Part shown: positions 7,966 through 16,952 of the stretch, one piece after another
Layout: the number at the start of each line of letters is the position of its first letter
Numbering within the stretch: the first letter of the stretch is position 1
Assembly: GCA_964634365.1 (NCBI GenBank)
Contig: CAZWJU010000002.1
Coordinates: 167,150 to 231,149, forward strand
Origin: an uncultured Candidatus Saccharibacteria bacterium
Lineage (GTDB): Bacteria > Patescibacteriota > Minisyncoccia > Phycocordibacterales > UBA9973
Reading direction: 5' to 3'
Length of the DNA: 64,000 nt
The notes under the pieces: generated by a model
Told to the model about the DNA's origin: nothing
What the model saw: only the letters and a program-made list of their open reading frames with translations
Databases searched by the model: none
Translations under genes and position numbers: made by a program

Positions 7966-7992
7966 TAAAACGAGCCAATTGGCTCGTTTTTG
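7966..7992. terminator. Bidirectional intrinsic terminator aaacgagccaattggctcgttt
   Basis: Perfect 9-bp stem with A-run upstream and T-run downstream, between convergent cca and 7994..8293(-). Confidence 0.7.
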
Positions 7993-7993
7993 T

Positions 7994-8293
7994 TTATTGT
8001 TTGCGATTGAAATAAAATATATCTCCATCGAAAAAGTAAGTTCTTTGATTTAACAGGACATAAGGCACTCTCTCCTCGTCTATTTTGTTCCCCATTTTAC
8101 TTAAAATACAAATATCCAAGTTTTTATTTGTATTTTCAATTAAGCAAAAAGATTGAGTGAAGGGAAAAGAAGAATGTCTTTTAAGTCTATTTTTAATATT
8201 TTTAAACTGCTCTTCACTAATCGGCAAATTGCCTTCGATACAATTTAAAATGTTTGTAAAATTCATATCTGACTTTAAAATAAATTTTTCCAT
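7994..8293 (-). CDS. Hypothetical protein
   Basis: 99-aa ORF, no recognised family. Confidence 0.35.
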   Translation of the reverse strand: MEKFILKSDMNFTNILNCIEGNLPISEEQFKNIKNRLKRHSSFPFTQSFCLIENTNKNLDICILSKMGNKIDEERVPYVLLNQRTYFFDGDIFYFNRKQ

Positions 8294-8339
8294 ATACTGT
8301 TTTTTTGAAAAATAACATATATATATGCGTGTGTCAATA

Positions 8340-8528
8340 TCATATAAAAATAAAAAGCGCTCCGGGGGAGCGCTTTTGGTTCAAAGCCTTCACTACTTTG
8401 ATCGAAAGTAACACTGTTGCAGTCTGTGCCACAATCAATAAAACATAGGCAAGATTTTGATAACCCATAATAGCTACTACAATAGTTAAACAAGCTATTG
8501 TAGTAGCAGTAATTCTCAACGCTTTCAT
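8340..8528 (-). CDS. Possible small membrane protein (62 aa); C-terminal codons overlap a terminator hairpin
   Basis: Hydrophobic ORF; hairpin aaaagcgctccgggggagcgctttt at 8355-8384, near-duplicate of the hairpin at 8611-8640. Confidence 0.25.
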   Translation of the reverse strand: MKALRITATTIACLTIVVAIMGYQNLAYVLLIVAQTATVLLSIKVVKALNQKRSPGALFIFI

Positions 8529-8610
8529 TGTACTTATTTTAAATTTAAAATATCACTATATTTCTTTCTTGTCAAGTTAAAGCTGGTTTCTGATTACAAA
8601 AATACAAATA

Positions 8611-8640
8611 AAAAAACGCTCTCTTGGGAGCGCTTTTGGG
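8611..8640. terminator. Intrinsic terminator aaacgctctcttgggagcgcttt downstream of the 8649..9905 gene
   Basis: Inverted repeat with flanking A/T runs; paralogous to the hairpin at 8355-8384. Confidence 0.6.
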
Positions 8641-8648
8641 CGGACGCT

Positions 8649-9905
8649 TTATATTTTTATGAAAGAAAAAACTTTTCCTTCGATAAGAATATAATATGTT
8701 CCTGCCGGTATACTGAGACAATCAAAAACTTTTCTATTATCAACTTCATTGACCATCAAATATATCTCTTCTGACAAAGAAAATATTCTGATGTTTTTTC
8801 CGGCTCCATTTTCGATGACAAGAAATTCTGTTACAGGATTTGGAAAAATCCTAACTTCACTTTCTGATAAATCTTCTATTCCGTCTTCGTAACAAGAGGG
8901 GAGCGAAATGATTCCTGGAGAATGGATGTCTGCTCCATACGTGAAAGACCCGCCTACATAGACAAAGTCTTCATTTGCAGATAGCGAATATCCATTTCCA
9001 TCGAGCCCTCGATCAGTCTGAACAATCTCTTTTGTGGAGCGTTCAAACATTGCGAAGTTTTCAGCATCGCAATTACCGAAATTTGTAAAACTCCCAACAG
9101 TAAAGACGAAACAATCTGTTGCCTCGATCGCAAGGATATTTCCATCACTTGAAAATATGGAGTCCATATCTCCATCGTCCTTGAATTCAGATAAAATCCC
9201 GTATTCCGACGGAGGAGAAAAACTGGTAGAGGAAACATATATCCTGTCTCCTCCATCTGCCCAAGAAATAAAATATTCTCCCTCGGGAAACACATATTTT
9301 ACTTCCCAAACAGAGTCTTCTAATTCTAGTATTTTTTCTTCTCCAAAATCATTTGTAACACAATATTTTTTATCACCCGAGACAACAAACGAAACCAGGC
9401 TTTCTGTTTCTGGAGAGATAAGCGAGCCCATTTCTCCTGTTGCTGGAATAAAAAAGTGGATCAACGAAGGGGACAGTGTATCGGCAATATAAATTCCTGA
9501 TCTAAAAATAAATATTGTGTCTTCTTTGATCAAAAGATCGGAAATACCTTCTGATTTGCAAACAATATTCCAAGAGCAGGATTCTTCCATTTCCAGAATG
9601 TATTTACTTTCGGTATAGAAATAAAACTTATTGCCATAAGCGACACCGTGAGCTATCTCACCAAGTGAATCGGGAAGCGGACAAGTAAGCCAGTTTTCAA
9701 AAAATAAATCCCCAAAAACGACAGGATCGCCAGCGGAAGATGTCCGACCAACACATAGATTGTTCCCATCTAAACTAACAACAGAAACATAGTCGCCGGA
9801 TTCTTGATCTGGTAGATAATTACTCTCCCAAACAGGGATAAAATTTTGTGCATTTACTGTGCAACAGAAAAACACAGAAAATAAAATTAGTATAAGTTTT
9901 TTCAT
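8649..9905 (-). CDS. Secreted protein with N-terminal signal peptide and C-terminal T9SS-type (Por_Secre_tail-like) sorting domain
   Basis: MKKLILILFSVFFCCTVNAQN signal peptide; C-terminus VRIFPNPVTEFLVIEN...IPAGTYYILIEGKVFSFIKI resembles the ~80-aa T9SS CTD motif (PNP..l.i...G.Y.v.v). Confidence 0.5.
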   Translation of the reverse strand: MKKLILILFSVFFCCTVNAQNFIPVWESNYLPDQESGDYVSVVSLDGNNLCVGRTSSAGDPVVFGDLFFENWLTCPLPDSLGEIAHGVAYGNKFYFYTESKYILEMEESCSWNIVCKSEGISDLLIKEDTIFIFRSGIYIADTLSPSLIHFFIPATGEMGSLISPETESLVSFVVSGDKKYCVTNDFGEEKILELEDSVWEVKYVFPEGEYFISWADGGDRIYVSSTSFSPPSEYGILSEFKDDGDMDSIFSSDGNILAIEATDCFVFTVGSFTNFGNCDAENFAMFERSTKEIVQTDRGLDGNGYSLSANEDFVYVGGSFTYGADIHSPGIISLPSCYEDGIEDLSESEVRIFPNPVTEFLVIENGAGKNIRIFSLSEEIYLMVNEVDNRKVFDCLSIPAGTYYILIEGKVFSFIKI

Positions 9906-9978
9906 ATCAAAGTGCTTTGCAGTGTATTATCTCACACAAAAAATAAAAAACTCTGCTGTGTGCAGAGTTTTGGTAAAA

Positions 9979-10140
9979 TTAAACGTATCTTTTGTTGGGA
10001 GTGGATTTAATGACTAAAACAAATCCAGCAATAACCGCTATTCCGAAAACTATTCCTGAATAAATAAAATTTCCTGTAACTGCTGATGCAGTAAATCCGG
10101 ATACAGCAAGAACGCTAATTGAGATAACAATTTTTTTCAT
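9979..10140 (-). CDS. Small (53 aa) hydrophobic protein MKKIVISISVLAVSGFTASAVTGNFIYSGIVFGIAVIAGFVLVIKSTPNKRYV, absent from the ORF track (<60 aa)
   Basis: Hand translation of the minus strand; ATG at 10138-10140, TAA at 9979-9981; terminator hairpin aaactctgcTGTGtgcagagttt at 9945-9970 just downstream. Confidence 0.35.
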   Translation of the reverse strand: MKKIVISISVLAVSGFTASAVTGNFIYSGIVFGIAVIAGFVLVIKSTPNKRYV

Positions 10141-10305
10141 TATTTGATTTTTTTGAGTTAAATAAAAAGTTTAAATTTTAGTGAGATAGGCAAACCGTAT
10201 AGTCATAGCCTATCTGCCATATATGACGTATGAAACAGTATTTTGTGACAAAGGCAAAATAGCCTTATAAAACAAAGTAAAAAGGATGCAAAATGCATCC
10301 TTTGT

Positions 10306-11190
10306 TTAAAATCTTTTAAACAATCTTCTCTTTGGTAAAACTGCGACAAGGGGTGCTGTATGATGTATGTATTTATCTATAGAAACAGGTTTGAGTCCTG
10401 GCTCTGTATAACATACTTCTATTTCACAAACCTCTTGTGGTGATATGTACAATAAAGCAAGTGTTGTATCAACTTTTTCCAACAAAGATTTTCTAATTGC
10501 TAAAAGTTCTTCTTTTGTAAAAGACTTACCAAAACATCTTTTCTGATGTGCTGGGCTAGCATAAACACTGTCGGACAAAACTTGATCTATGTCGTACATA
10601 TTTCTTTCGGTTAATCCAAATTTTTCCATCAATACAGGATCTATAAAGCGTATACCGTCTGAGCGCCTGCCTCTGGTATAAAAACCAGGGTGTGGATTTT
10701 TAGGATCGTTTGGATACCAACACGCAGCACTTGCGTGCGATATTATATTTTTATCTATAATATCTGGGTATTTTCTTTTCAGAGAGTCATTCAACCATCT
10801 ACCTGCTTTTATTTGCATATCGGTAAGTGGCTCATCAAAATACCCAACGTATTCAATGCCTATAAAAAATCGTGACAAGCTAGTGTCTCCTTCATAATAC
10901 GAATCACCCGCATGATCAGCCGCCCGCCAATCGTCGCATATAAGTTCAATACGCCCAGCGCGATTGATCAAATAATTTGTCATCGGAGGACCGTAGTTTA
11001 TACACTGAAGCCAGGTACGACATCCAGGCCAGTCACCTTGGGTATCGTGATTGATTATGCCTATAGTCTTTTCTCTGGGAGGGGTTTCGTCGTTAAACCT
11101 ACTGCGCTCATCATGAATTACAAAAGTGTCTTGTGAGTAAAGTGGTAGCAATAAAACTACACACATTACACAAAAAAAGATTTTTTTCAT
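10306..11190 (-). CDS. N-acetylmuramoyl-L-alanine amidase (Amidase_2 / PGRP-like), secreted; likely start at internal Met (MKKIFFCVM...), frame extends to 11226
   Basis: HDTQGDW...NYLINRAGRIE...AADHAG motifs of zinc amidase_2; signal peptide after second Met; terminator hairpin at 10279-10304. Confidence 0.65.
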   Translation of the reverse strand: MKKIFFCVMCVVLLLPLYSQDTFVIHDERSRFNDETPPREKTIGIINHDTQGDWPGCRTWLQCINYGPPMTNYLINRAGRIELICDDWRAADHAGDSYYEGDTSLSRFFIGIEYVGYFDEPLTDMQIKAGRWLNDSLKRKYPDIIDKNIISHASAACWYPNDPKNPHPGFYTRGRRSDGIRFIDPVLMEKFGLTERNMYDIDQVLSDSVYASPAHQKRCFGKSFTKEELLAIRKSLLEKVDTTLALLYISPQEVCEIEVCYTEPGLKPVSIDKYIHHTAPLVAVLPKRRLFKRF

Positions 11191-11274
11191 ATATGTAGTT
11201 TTAAATGTACTAATTCTAGTGTACAAAATAATTTTATAAAAAGAAAAGACCCGCTAATGGGGTCTTTGGTGTTT

Positions 11275-11727
11275 TTAGTTTGTTATTGTTTTTATTTCAT
11301 CTTCTTTTGGTTTTAGATTTGTGTAGACCAAAAGCATGAATATATAAACATAAATAGATAGAAACACAACAACAATTGCGGCGTTTGCCACGCTTACGTC
11401 AGATGAAAAAAAACTAATGTTTTGCGCATCTGGATATATCTTGTAAACCAAAAAACCAACAGAATTCAAAACAATAAACCACAAAAAGAAGCTGGCGATA
11501 GTTAAAAAACCTAACTTTCTGAAATTTTTTTTCTTTGATACATCGTCAGTATCTCTTTCTTTTAAAGTCAGAGAGCGTTTGGTGTGTACAAACCATAGAG
11601 AATACAAAACCGAAGATACAATTAAAATCGGCATCGATTCTATGGGCGAGAAAAACAACGCCGCAAAAATCAAGCAAATGACCGTCTGCCAAACAGGTAG
11701 GGTAAAGATAAAAAAACTTTTATTCAT
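11275..11727 (-). CDS. Hypothetical multi-pass membrane protein
   Basis: 150-aa ORF with 4 hydrophobic segments; terminator aagacccgctaatggggtctt at 11247-11272. Confidence 0.4.
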   Translation of the reverse strand: MNKSFFIFTLPVWQTVICLIFAALFFSPIESMPILIVSSVLYSLWFVHTKRSLTLKERDTDDVSKKKNFRKLGFLTIASFFLWFIVLNSVGFLVYKIYPDAQNISFFSSDVSVANAAIVVVFLSIYVYIFMLLVYTNLKPKEDEIKTITN

Positions 11728-11796
11728 ACGTATGCGATTTTAAAATGAACAATTAGATGAGACTAAAATATAACCTGAAAAATACCCTTTGTCAAA

Positions 11797-12561
11797 TTAC
11801 TCAATAGAATCCCACATAAATTGAAATAGCGTCAGGAACGTATTTGCGATATCAGTGTTTTCAATAATCGTGGTGACCATAGCATCTTTGTTTTTAACAG
11901 AAGTTATACTAACCTTGCCTTTGTAAATCAAGATGTAAGCTGGCAAGACAAATTTATCTTTTGGGATTATTTTACGAGTTATATTACGCTCCATATCATG
12001 CGAATACACAACACTAGACATATGCTCTAGTTTTGGAGTTAAGACGTACGACCTAATACCAGCTTGCGATTGTTTCTTTAGTTGTTCGCTTATGAGTGTG
12101 CGAAGCTCTTTGTTTTCGTGGTCGTAGAGAGATCTGAAAACAAATACTTCTTTTACGTTTTTCAAAATATCTGAATAGGTTTCTCTTATACCATCGAAAC
12201 CTTCAAAGAATTTTACATGCGGACGAGAATGTAGAGTGTTGAAGTCGCTTACAAGATGTTCTATTACTTTTCCATAGGCTAGGCTCGCTTCATCTGCGAG
12301 AAGTTTTTTCTCTTCAGCAACTCTTTTGATACTTTCTGGATGTTTTGCTCTCCATAACGCAACCTTTCCTATGTTTTCTACTTTTTCACACAAGCCGATA
12401 GCAGTGAGTTGGTCTAGCACATAGTAAGTAAGCTCTCTACCTACTCCAGCATTTTTAGAAATATTACGAACAGGTAAAAGAGGGGACGAGAGGAGCACTT
12501 CATATATAAGAGCCTGCTCTCGGGTTAATCCTATGCGAATTAGTTCATTTGTGTAGTTCAT
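11797..12561 (-). CDS. TrmB-family transcriptional regulator
   Basis: N-terminus IRIGLTREQALIYEVLLSSP...ISKNAGVGRELTYYVLDQLTAIGL is the same wHTH architecture as 1002..1772. Confidence 0.55.
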   Translation of the reverse strand: MNYTNELIRIGLTREQALIYEVLLSSPLLPVRNISKNAGVGRELTYYVLDQLTAIGLCEKVENIGKVALWRAKHPESIKRVAEEKKLLADEASLAYGKVIEHLVSDFNTLHSRPHVKFFEGFDGIRETYSDILKNVKEVFVFRSLYDHENKELRTLISEQLKKQSQAGIRSYVLTPKLEHMSSVVYSHDMERNITRKIIPKDKFVLPAYILIYKGKVSITSVKNKDAMVTTIIENTDIANTFLTLFQFMWDSIE

Positions 12562-12726
12562 ATTGTAAAATCTTATTTACAATTTAATACTATTAAAATG
12601 CATGTATTTTGTCAATAAGTAAAGGCTTATATACTTGTTAGCAAAAAAACGTAAAAAATCTATTACATTTTATATTTATAACCTGTATAGTCAGGATAGA
12701 TTCATTTCATTTAAAACAAAATAACT

Positions 12727-12957
12727 ATGGAAGTAATATTTACACAGAAAATCTCAAATTGTATTGACTGCCCATTTCATAAAGTTTTACCGGACCCTGA
12801 TCCAGACGACTGGTTCTGTGACGACGATATGAAAGTGGTTTGCACAAAAAAAGAAAACAAAGAAATCACTTGTGCATGCAGACCTTACAATCTAAGAAAA
12901 GAATCTGAGGTACCAACATGGTGCCCGCTAACTGAAACCGAAAAACAAGAAAAATGA
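12727..12957 (+). CDS. Small Cys-rich protein (7 Cys; CIDCP...C..C...CAC...C), possible zinc ribbon; stop overlaps start of downstream HD gene (ATGA)
   Basis: 76-aa ORF, 4-bp overlap with 12954..13592 suggests translational coupling. Confidence 0.4.
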   Translation: MEVIFTQKISNCIDCPFHKVLPDPDPDDWFCDDDMKVVCTKKENKEITCACRPYNLRKESEVPTWCPLTETEKQEK

Positions 12958-13592
12958 AAGAAAATAGAAACACATTTATTGAAAGACTGAAAAGACATGG
13001 TGCGAGTAGTTCTGATATGGACATGATTATGCTTGCATATGATATATCCAAAGAAGCCCACAGAACTCATACTCGTGATAGCGGTGAAAGATATTTTGAA
13101 CATCCTAGAGCTCTCGTGATTATCGCTCTTGATGAACTTAACTGGTACGACAGAGATGTAATATGTGCATTGTTCTTGCACGATGCAGGGGAGGACTCTC
13201 CGATATTTGGGAACAGAAGTATTGGATGGGAAAATTTTGTAAGGACTGCAAAATATCGTATCGGTAGAATGTTCAACGAAAATATTGCGGCGATAGTGAT
13301 AGCACTTACAAAACCAGAGGTTGATGGTATTCTATTTTTCTCCAAAAAAGAAACCACTGAGTACTATCTGTCGAATATTGTAAAAAGAGAAAAAGTTATT
13401 CGCTGCAAAGGCATAGACAGACTTCACAATCTTCGAACACTGCCAAATTGTACTGCAAAAAAGATTACGAGGATGATCATAGAAACTGAGGAGAAATACA
13501 TTCCCTTGTTTGGTACAAACAATGAAGAAATCGATGTGTTAATCATGCAAAAAATTAACACTGAGTTGGAAAATCTTCATCAGTTAGTATAG
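12954..13592 (+). CDS. HD-domain protein related to RelA/SpoT N-terminal (p)ppGpp hydrolase domain (small alarmone hydrolase-like)
   Basis: ERYFEHPRALVIIALDEL....ICALFLHDAGEDS parallels the SpoT HD signature (G.PY..HP..VA.IL......D...I.AALLHD..EDT); terminator aaacccgcaaatatttgcgggttt at 13594-13620. Confidence 0.55.
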   Translation: MKENRNTFIERLKRHGASSSDMDMIMLAYDISKEAHRTHTRDSGERYFEHPRALVIIALDELNWYDRDVICALFLHDAGEDSPIFGNRSIGWENFVRTAKYRIGRMFNENIAAIVIALTKPEVDGILFFSKKETTEYYLSNIVKREKVIRCKGIDRLHNLRTLPNCTAKKITRMIIETEEKYIPLFGTNNEEIDVLIMQKINTELENLHQLV

Positions 13593-13622
13593 TAAAACCC
13601 GCAAATATTTGCGGGTTTATTT

Positions 13623-14405
13623 TTATATAATTTTGTGCAAGTTTTGTTTGAACTCCTCGAACGTAATGTCCTCAAAACGGACAGAGTATGCCCAATCTAT
13701 GACTCTCTCGGGCCAAGACATTATTGTTTTTAAAGACTCGAAAGGATCTTGAAATATCTTTCTTGCACCACTGGTTAGAAAAACCTCTCCTGTTATAGAA
13801 GCTTTTTCTAAAGTTTTAAGAAACTTTAATTGCTCAGAGTGAATAAACCCGAACGGAGTTAGCAGTGAACCATTGCGCTCTCGATTGAATTCATCAACCA
13901 ATCCCATAGTTGCCCACAGCCAATATTCTGGACCTTTTCCGATAGATGCTATATCAGCATCTTGGACTATGCATACCCACAGGTCTGAAGACTTACCATG
14001 TGCAGAAAATTTAGTTGAGAGTATTAAGTCTCGGATTCTCTGCTGAGCAATTCTGGTAGGCACTCCACAGATTTTAAAATCTTCTTTTGATAGGGCGCTC
14101 ATCATACGGGTAGCTGCACGCTCCTCGTCGTTTGGACGATGTACTCCACGATGATCTGCGTCGTGAAAAAGTAGAGCAAGGGCAATTGTGTTGATCTCTT
14201 CTCGATTACATCCACAAGCTTCTGCGATCAGAATCCCACTCTCGGTCACACCAAGTGCATGACCAAATCCATGATATGGATTTGGTATAGCAGACTTTTG
14301 GGCTTTGTTGATAATATCAATTGAAATATCTGTATGCTCTAAAATAAATTTAATTTTTTCTTCGTTTGCACGAATGCGAAAATATTTTACTTCTTTTGTT
14401 TGCAT
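13623..14405 (-). CDS. HD-superfamily metal-dependent phosphohydrolase, function unknown
   Basis: HGFGHALGV ... LLFHDADH motifs (H..H...HD...D). Confidence 0.55.
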   Translation of the reverse strand: MQTKEVKYFRIRANEEKIKFILEHTDISIDIINKAQKSAIPNPYHGFGHALGVTESGILIAEACGCNREEINTIALALLFHDADHRGVHRPNDEERAATRMMSALSKEDFKICGVPTRIAQQRIRDLILSTKFSAHGKSSDLWVCIVQDADIASIGKGPEYWLWATMGLVDEFNRERNGSLLTPFGFIHSEQLKFLKTLEKASITGEVFLTSGARKIFQDPFESLKTIMSWPERVIDWAYSVRFEDITFEEFKQNLHKII

Positions 14406-14460
14406 GTTTTACGATTCTTTTTTGAAAGTAGCATTTTGAATACAAAATTGCAAAAGTTAA

Positions 14461-14487
14461 ACCCTCGGCAAATGTCGAGGGTTGTAT
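14461..14487. terminator. Hairpin aaccctcggcaaatgtcgagggtt between convergent genes
   Basis: 8-bp perfect stem, T-run follows on plus strand. Confidence 0.55.
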
Positions 14488-14490
14488 ATT

Positions 14491-15027
14491 TTAAGCTGCT
14501 GCTCTTTTTTTAATCACATTTTCAATTGGCACCAGCCAAGAATTGTCTTCTGCGATCAGTTTTTTAACTGCATCGAGAACCTCAGTCCCTTGAGTTATTG
14601 TTACAAGTGGGTGAGTATCCAGCTCTTCAATCAGGAAATCTTCTTTGCTCTCAGTGTTCATAGAACTCCCTGCGAGCCCTAAGATATCGACAGCAACTTC
14701 TTCGTCTTGTTTTTTCTTGCTCTCCTCGTACCAAGCATCGCGCTTGTTTTTTGTGTCCTGGTGAATAGAATCTCCTACATACTCAAGATACAAATAATCG
14801 ATCTCAACTTGCTCTAAATAAGAGAGCTTGTTGATGATGGTGGGGTATATGTGCATACCCAGAATATTTTTGAAATTTCTTTTATCCTTCTCAAGTTCTT
14901 TGACTTGAAAATTTTGCTCTTCGCGCCGATCTGTCCGATCTTTTTGTCGAGCAAAAAATTTACTTAGCTCGCGGTAAATTTCTTTACCACCCGCACCATA
15001 CTTCAACCAATCAAAATCAAAAAGCAT
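14491..15027 (-). CDS. Hypothetical protein, possible C-terminal CBS-like domain
   Basis: 178-aa ORF; C-terminus HPLVTITQGTEVLDAVKKLIAEDNSWLVPIEN is CBS-like. Confidence 0.4.
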   Translation of the reverse strand: MLFDFDWLKYGAGGKEIYRELSKFFARQKDRTDRREEQNFQVKELEKDKRNFKNILGMHIYPTIINKLSYLEQVEIDYLYLEYVGDSIHQDTKNKRDAWYEESKKKQDEEVAVDILGLAGSSMNTESKEDFLIEELDTHPLVTITQGTEVLDAVKKLIAEDNSWLVPIENVIKKRAAA

Positions 15028-15096
15028 ATATTATGTTTAATATGTTAAATGAACTATGTACACAATAGCACATTTTTTGTATAAAGTCAAATATAT

Positions 15097-15894
15097 TTAG
15101 TCTTTGATTTCCAGGAGAATAGGGCAGTGATCGGACCCGATTTGTTCAGATAAAATCTGGGATTTGGTGATTTTTGAGGTAAGTTTTTTGGATGTAAAAA
15201 AGTAATCTATGCGCCAACCTATATTTCTTGCGCGTGCGGCTGCAAAGTGACTCCACCAAGTATAGTGACCACCATCTTTTGTAAAAATACGAAAAGCATC
15301 TACAAATCCAGAGGAGATTATGTTATCTATTCCGCTTCTTTCCTCGTCGGTAAAACCTTTCTTGCCGATATTTTCTTTTGGACGAGCTAGATCTAGGGGA
15401 GTGTGTGCAACATTTAAGTCCCCACAAAAAATAACAGGCTTTTGCTTTTCCAAACTCAAAACATATTCTAGAAATGCCTTGTCCCACTTTTTGTATCTGA
15501 GTGGAATTCGTGACAGATCATCTTTAGAATTTGGAGTATATACTGTAACAACAAAAAATTTCTTAAATTCTAGCGCTATTAAACGACCCTCAGTATTTGG
15601 GTCACCGTATTTATCTTTCAAGGTAGAGTATTTTTTTACGATTTCTTTTGGGATATCTAGTAGGACTTTTTCGGGTTTTATTTTTGAAAAAATTGCTGTT
15701 CCACTATAGCCTGGGCGTTTTGCAGAATTCCAATACTCTTCATACTCAGGCAGATCAACTTCTGACTGATGCTCTTCTGCTTTTGTTTCTTGTAAACAAA
15801 CTATGTCTGGATTGTACTTTTTTATAAAAGGAACAAAAAGACCCTTTTTATGTACCGATCGTATTCCGTTTACATTCCATGAAATTATTTTCAT
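15097..15894 (-). CDS. xth: Exodeoxyribonuclease III / AP endonuclease (EEP family); start at internal Met (MKIISWNVNG), frame extends to 15990
   Basis: MKIISWNVNGIRS...CLQETK...GDLNV...SDHCP are canonical Xth/ExoIII motifs. Confidence 0.85.
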   Translation of the reverse strand: MKIISWNVNGIRSVHKKGLFVPFIKKYNPDIVCLQETKAEEHQSEVDLPEYEEYWNSAKRPGYSGTAIFSKIKPEKVLLDIPKEIVKKYSTLKDKYGDPNTEGRLIALEFKKFFVVTVYTPNSKDDLSRIPLRYKKWDKAFLEYVLSLEKQKPVIFCGDLNVAHTPLDLARPKENIGKKGFTDEERSGIDNIISSGFVDAFRIFTKDGGHYTWWSHFAAARARNIGWRIDYFFTSKKLTSKITKSQILSEQIGSDHCPILLEIKD

Positions 15895-16177
15895 AAAAGC
15901 ATTATAACAATATAAAGCATTTGACAAAAAAACTTCTTTGGAATAATATCTCTGCCAAGGGTTATTTAAAGGGTATTGTTTTACGCACAAGGTATCAGCT
16001 TGATTTGGGTTTCGCTACCTTATCTCTGGCTGAGTACGCCTGTATGTTCGCTCCCGAAGCGTTCGTGCTGGTCAAGATGACCTTGTAACACAGAAACTCC
16101 TCCGAGTCTGTGACGTAAACAATTAGGATTGGGTTCGCAAGAACTCAATCCTTTTTATTTCAAAAAATATTTTGAAA

Positions 16178-16250
16178 GCGAAGGTAGCTCAGTTGGCAGA
16201 GCATCGGTCTCCAAAACCGAGGGTCGTGGGTTCGAGTCCCACCTTTCGCG
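16178..16250 (+). tRNA. tRNA-Trp (anticodon CCA), no encoded CCA
   Basis: gcgaagg-ta-gctc-agttggca-gagc-a-tcggt-ctccaaa-accga-gggtc-gtggg-ttcgagt-cccac-ctttcgc-g; 73 nt. Confidence 0.8.
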
Positions 16251-16253
16251 CGA

Positions 16254-16290
16254 AACCTGAAACATTTTGTTTCAGGTTTTTATTTTTTAC
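16254..16290 (+). terminator. Long hairpin aaacctgaaaca-tttt-gtttcaggttt followed by T-run, terminator of the tRNA-Trp transcript
   Basis: 12-bp perfect inverted repeat directly after the tRNA. Confidence 0.7.
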
Positions 16291-16927
16291 GAAAAATAGT
16301 TACTAGATAAGCTAGATTTTCGCGACCTTTTATATAATCGATTTTTTTATGCTCTAGTGTGGCGCTATCTCTAAAAAGATTGATTAGTTCATCTGGTGTA
16401 AAGAAGTGGTACAAGACGCCCTCGTTTTTAAAATCTCCATTTAAATCTTTTTTTGGGTTCCATTTTAGGTATTTGTCTGTTTCTCTAGATAGTAATACTA
16501 ATAAAAAGTATCCTCCACTTTTTAAAACTCTCAGGGATTCTCGTATATAAGTCGGCCAATCATTTTTATCTAAATGCTGGAGCAGTCCGAAATCTACAAC
16601 ACCATCAAAACTATTGTCTGCAAAAGGAATATCTAAAACATCTCCTTCTATAAATCGAATCTTGTCAGATATTTTATTTATTTTTATTTCGTCATTGTTT
16701 TTTTGAACTATATCTTTTACATACTCAAGCCCAATAACTCTAAAACCTAAATTTACTAGCTCAAAAGGAAATCTTCCACGACCACTGCCGAGGTCTAGTA
16801 TCATAGCGTTTGGTGCTAGGTAGGGCAGGAGGTCTTTGCCTTTTAGTTCATATGGGGTATGAGTCCAAATATCAGAACCTGTTCTGTATGCACGTTCAAA
16901 ATATTCTTTTTGTGTTTTGTAATCCAT
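16280..16927 (-). CDS. Class I SAM-dependent methyltransferase
   Basis: ILDLGSGRGRF (motif I GxGxG) and downstream acidic motif II; 215 aa. Confidence 0.65.
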   Translation of the reverse strand: MDYKTQKEYFERAYRTGSDIWTHTPYELKGKDLLPYLAPNAMILDLGSGRGRFPFELVNLGFRVIGLEYVKDIVQKNNDEIKINKISDKIRFIEGDVLDIPFADNSFDGVVDFGLLQHLDKNDWPTYIRESLRVLKSGGYFLLVLLSRETDKYLKWNPKKDLNGDFKNEGVLYHFFTPDELINLFRDSATLEHKKIDYIKGRENLAYLVTIFRKK

Positions 16928-16952
16928 TGTCTTATATCATACAACATTAAAT

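Noticed and set aside
9034-9492. 152-aa ORF antisense to the T9SS-CTD-like gene
   Set aside because: It is embedded in the opposite strand of a longer, better-supported gene and is Ser-rich low complexity.
15990-16177. GC-enriched 190-nt tract upstream of tRNA-Trp as possible SRP/6S RNA
   Set aside because: I could not find the conserved SRP domain IV motifs (GGAA tetraloop / AGCAG) or other diagnostic boxes by eye. It is left unannotated, and Rfam should be run.
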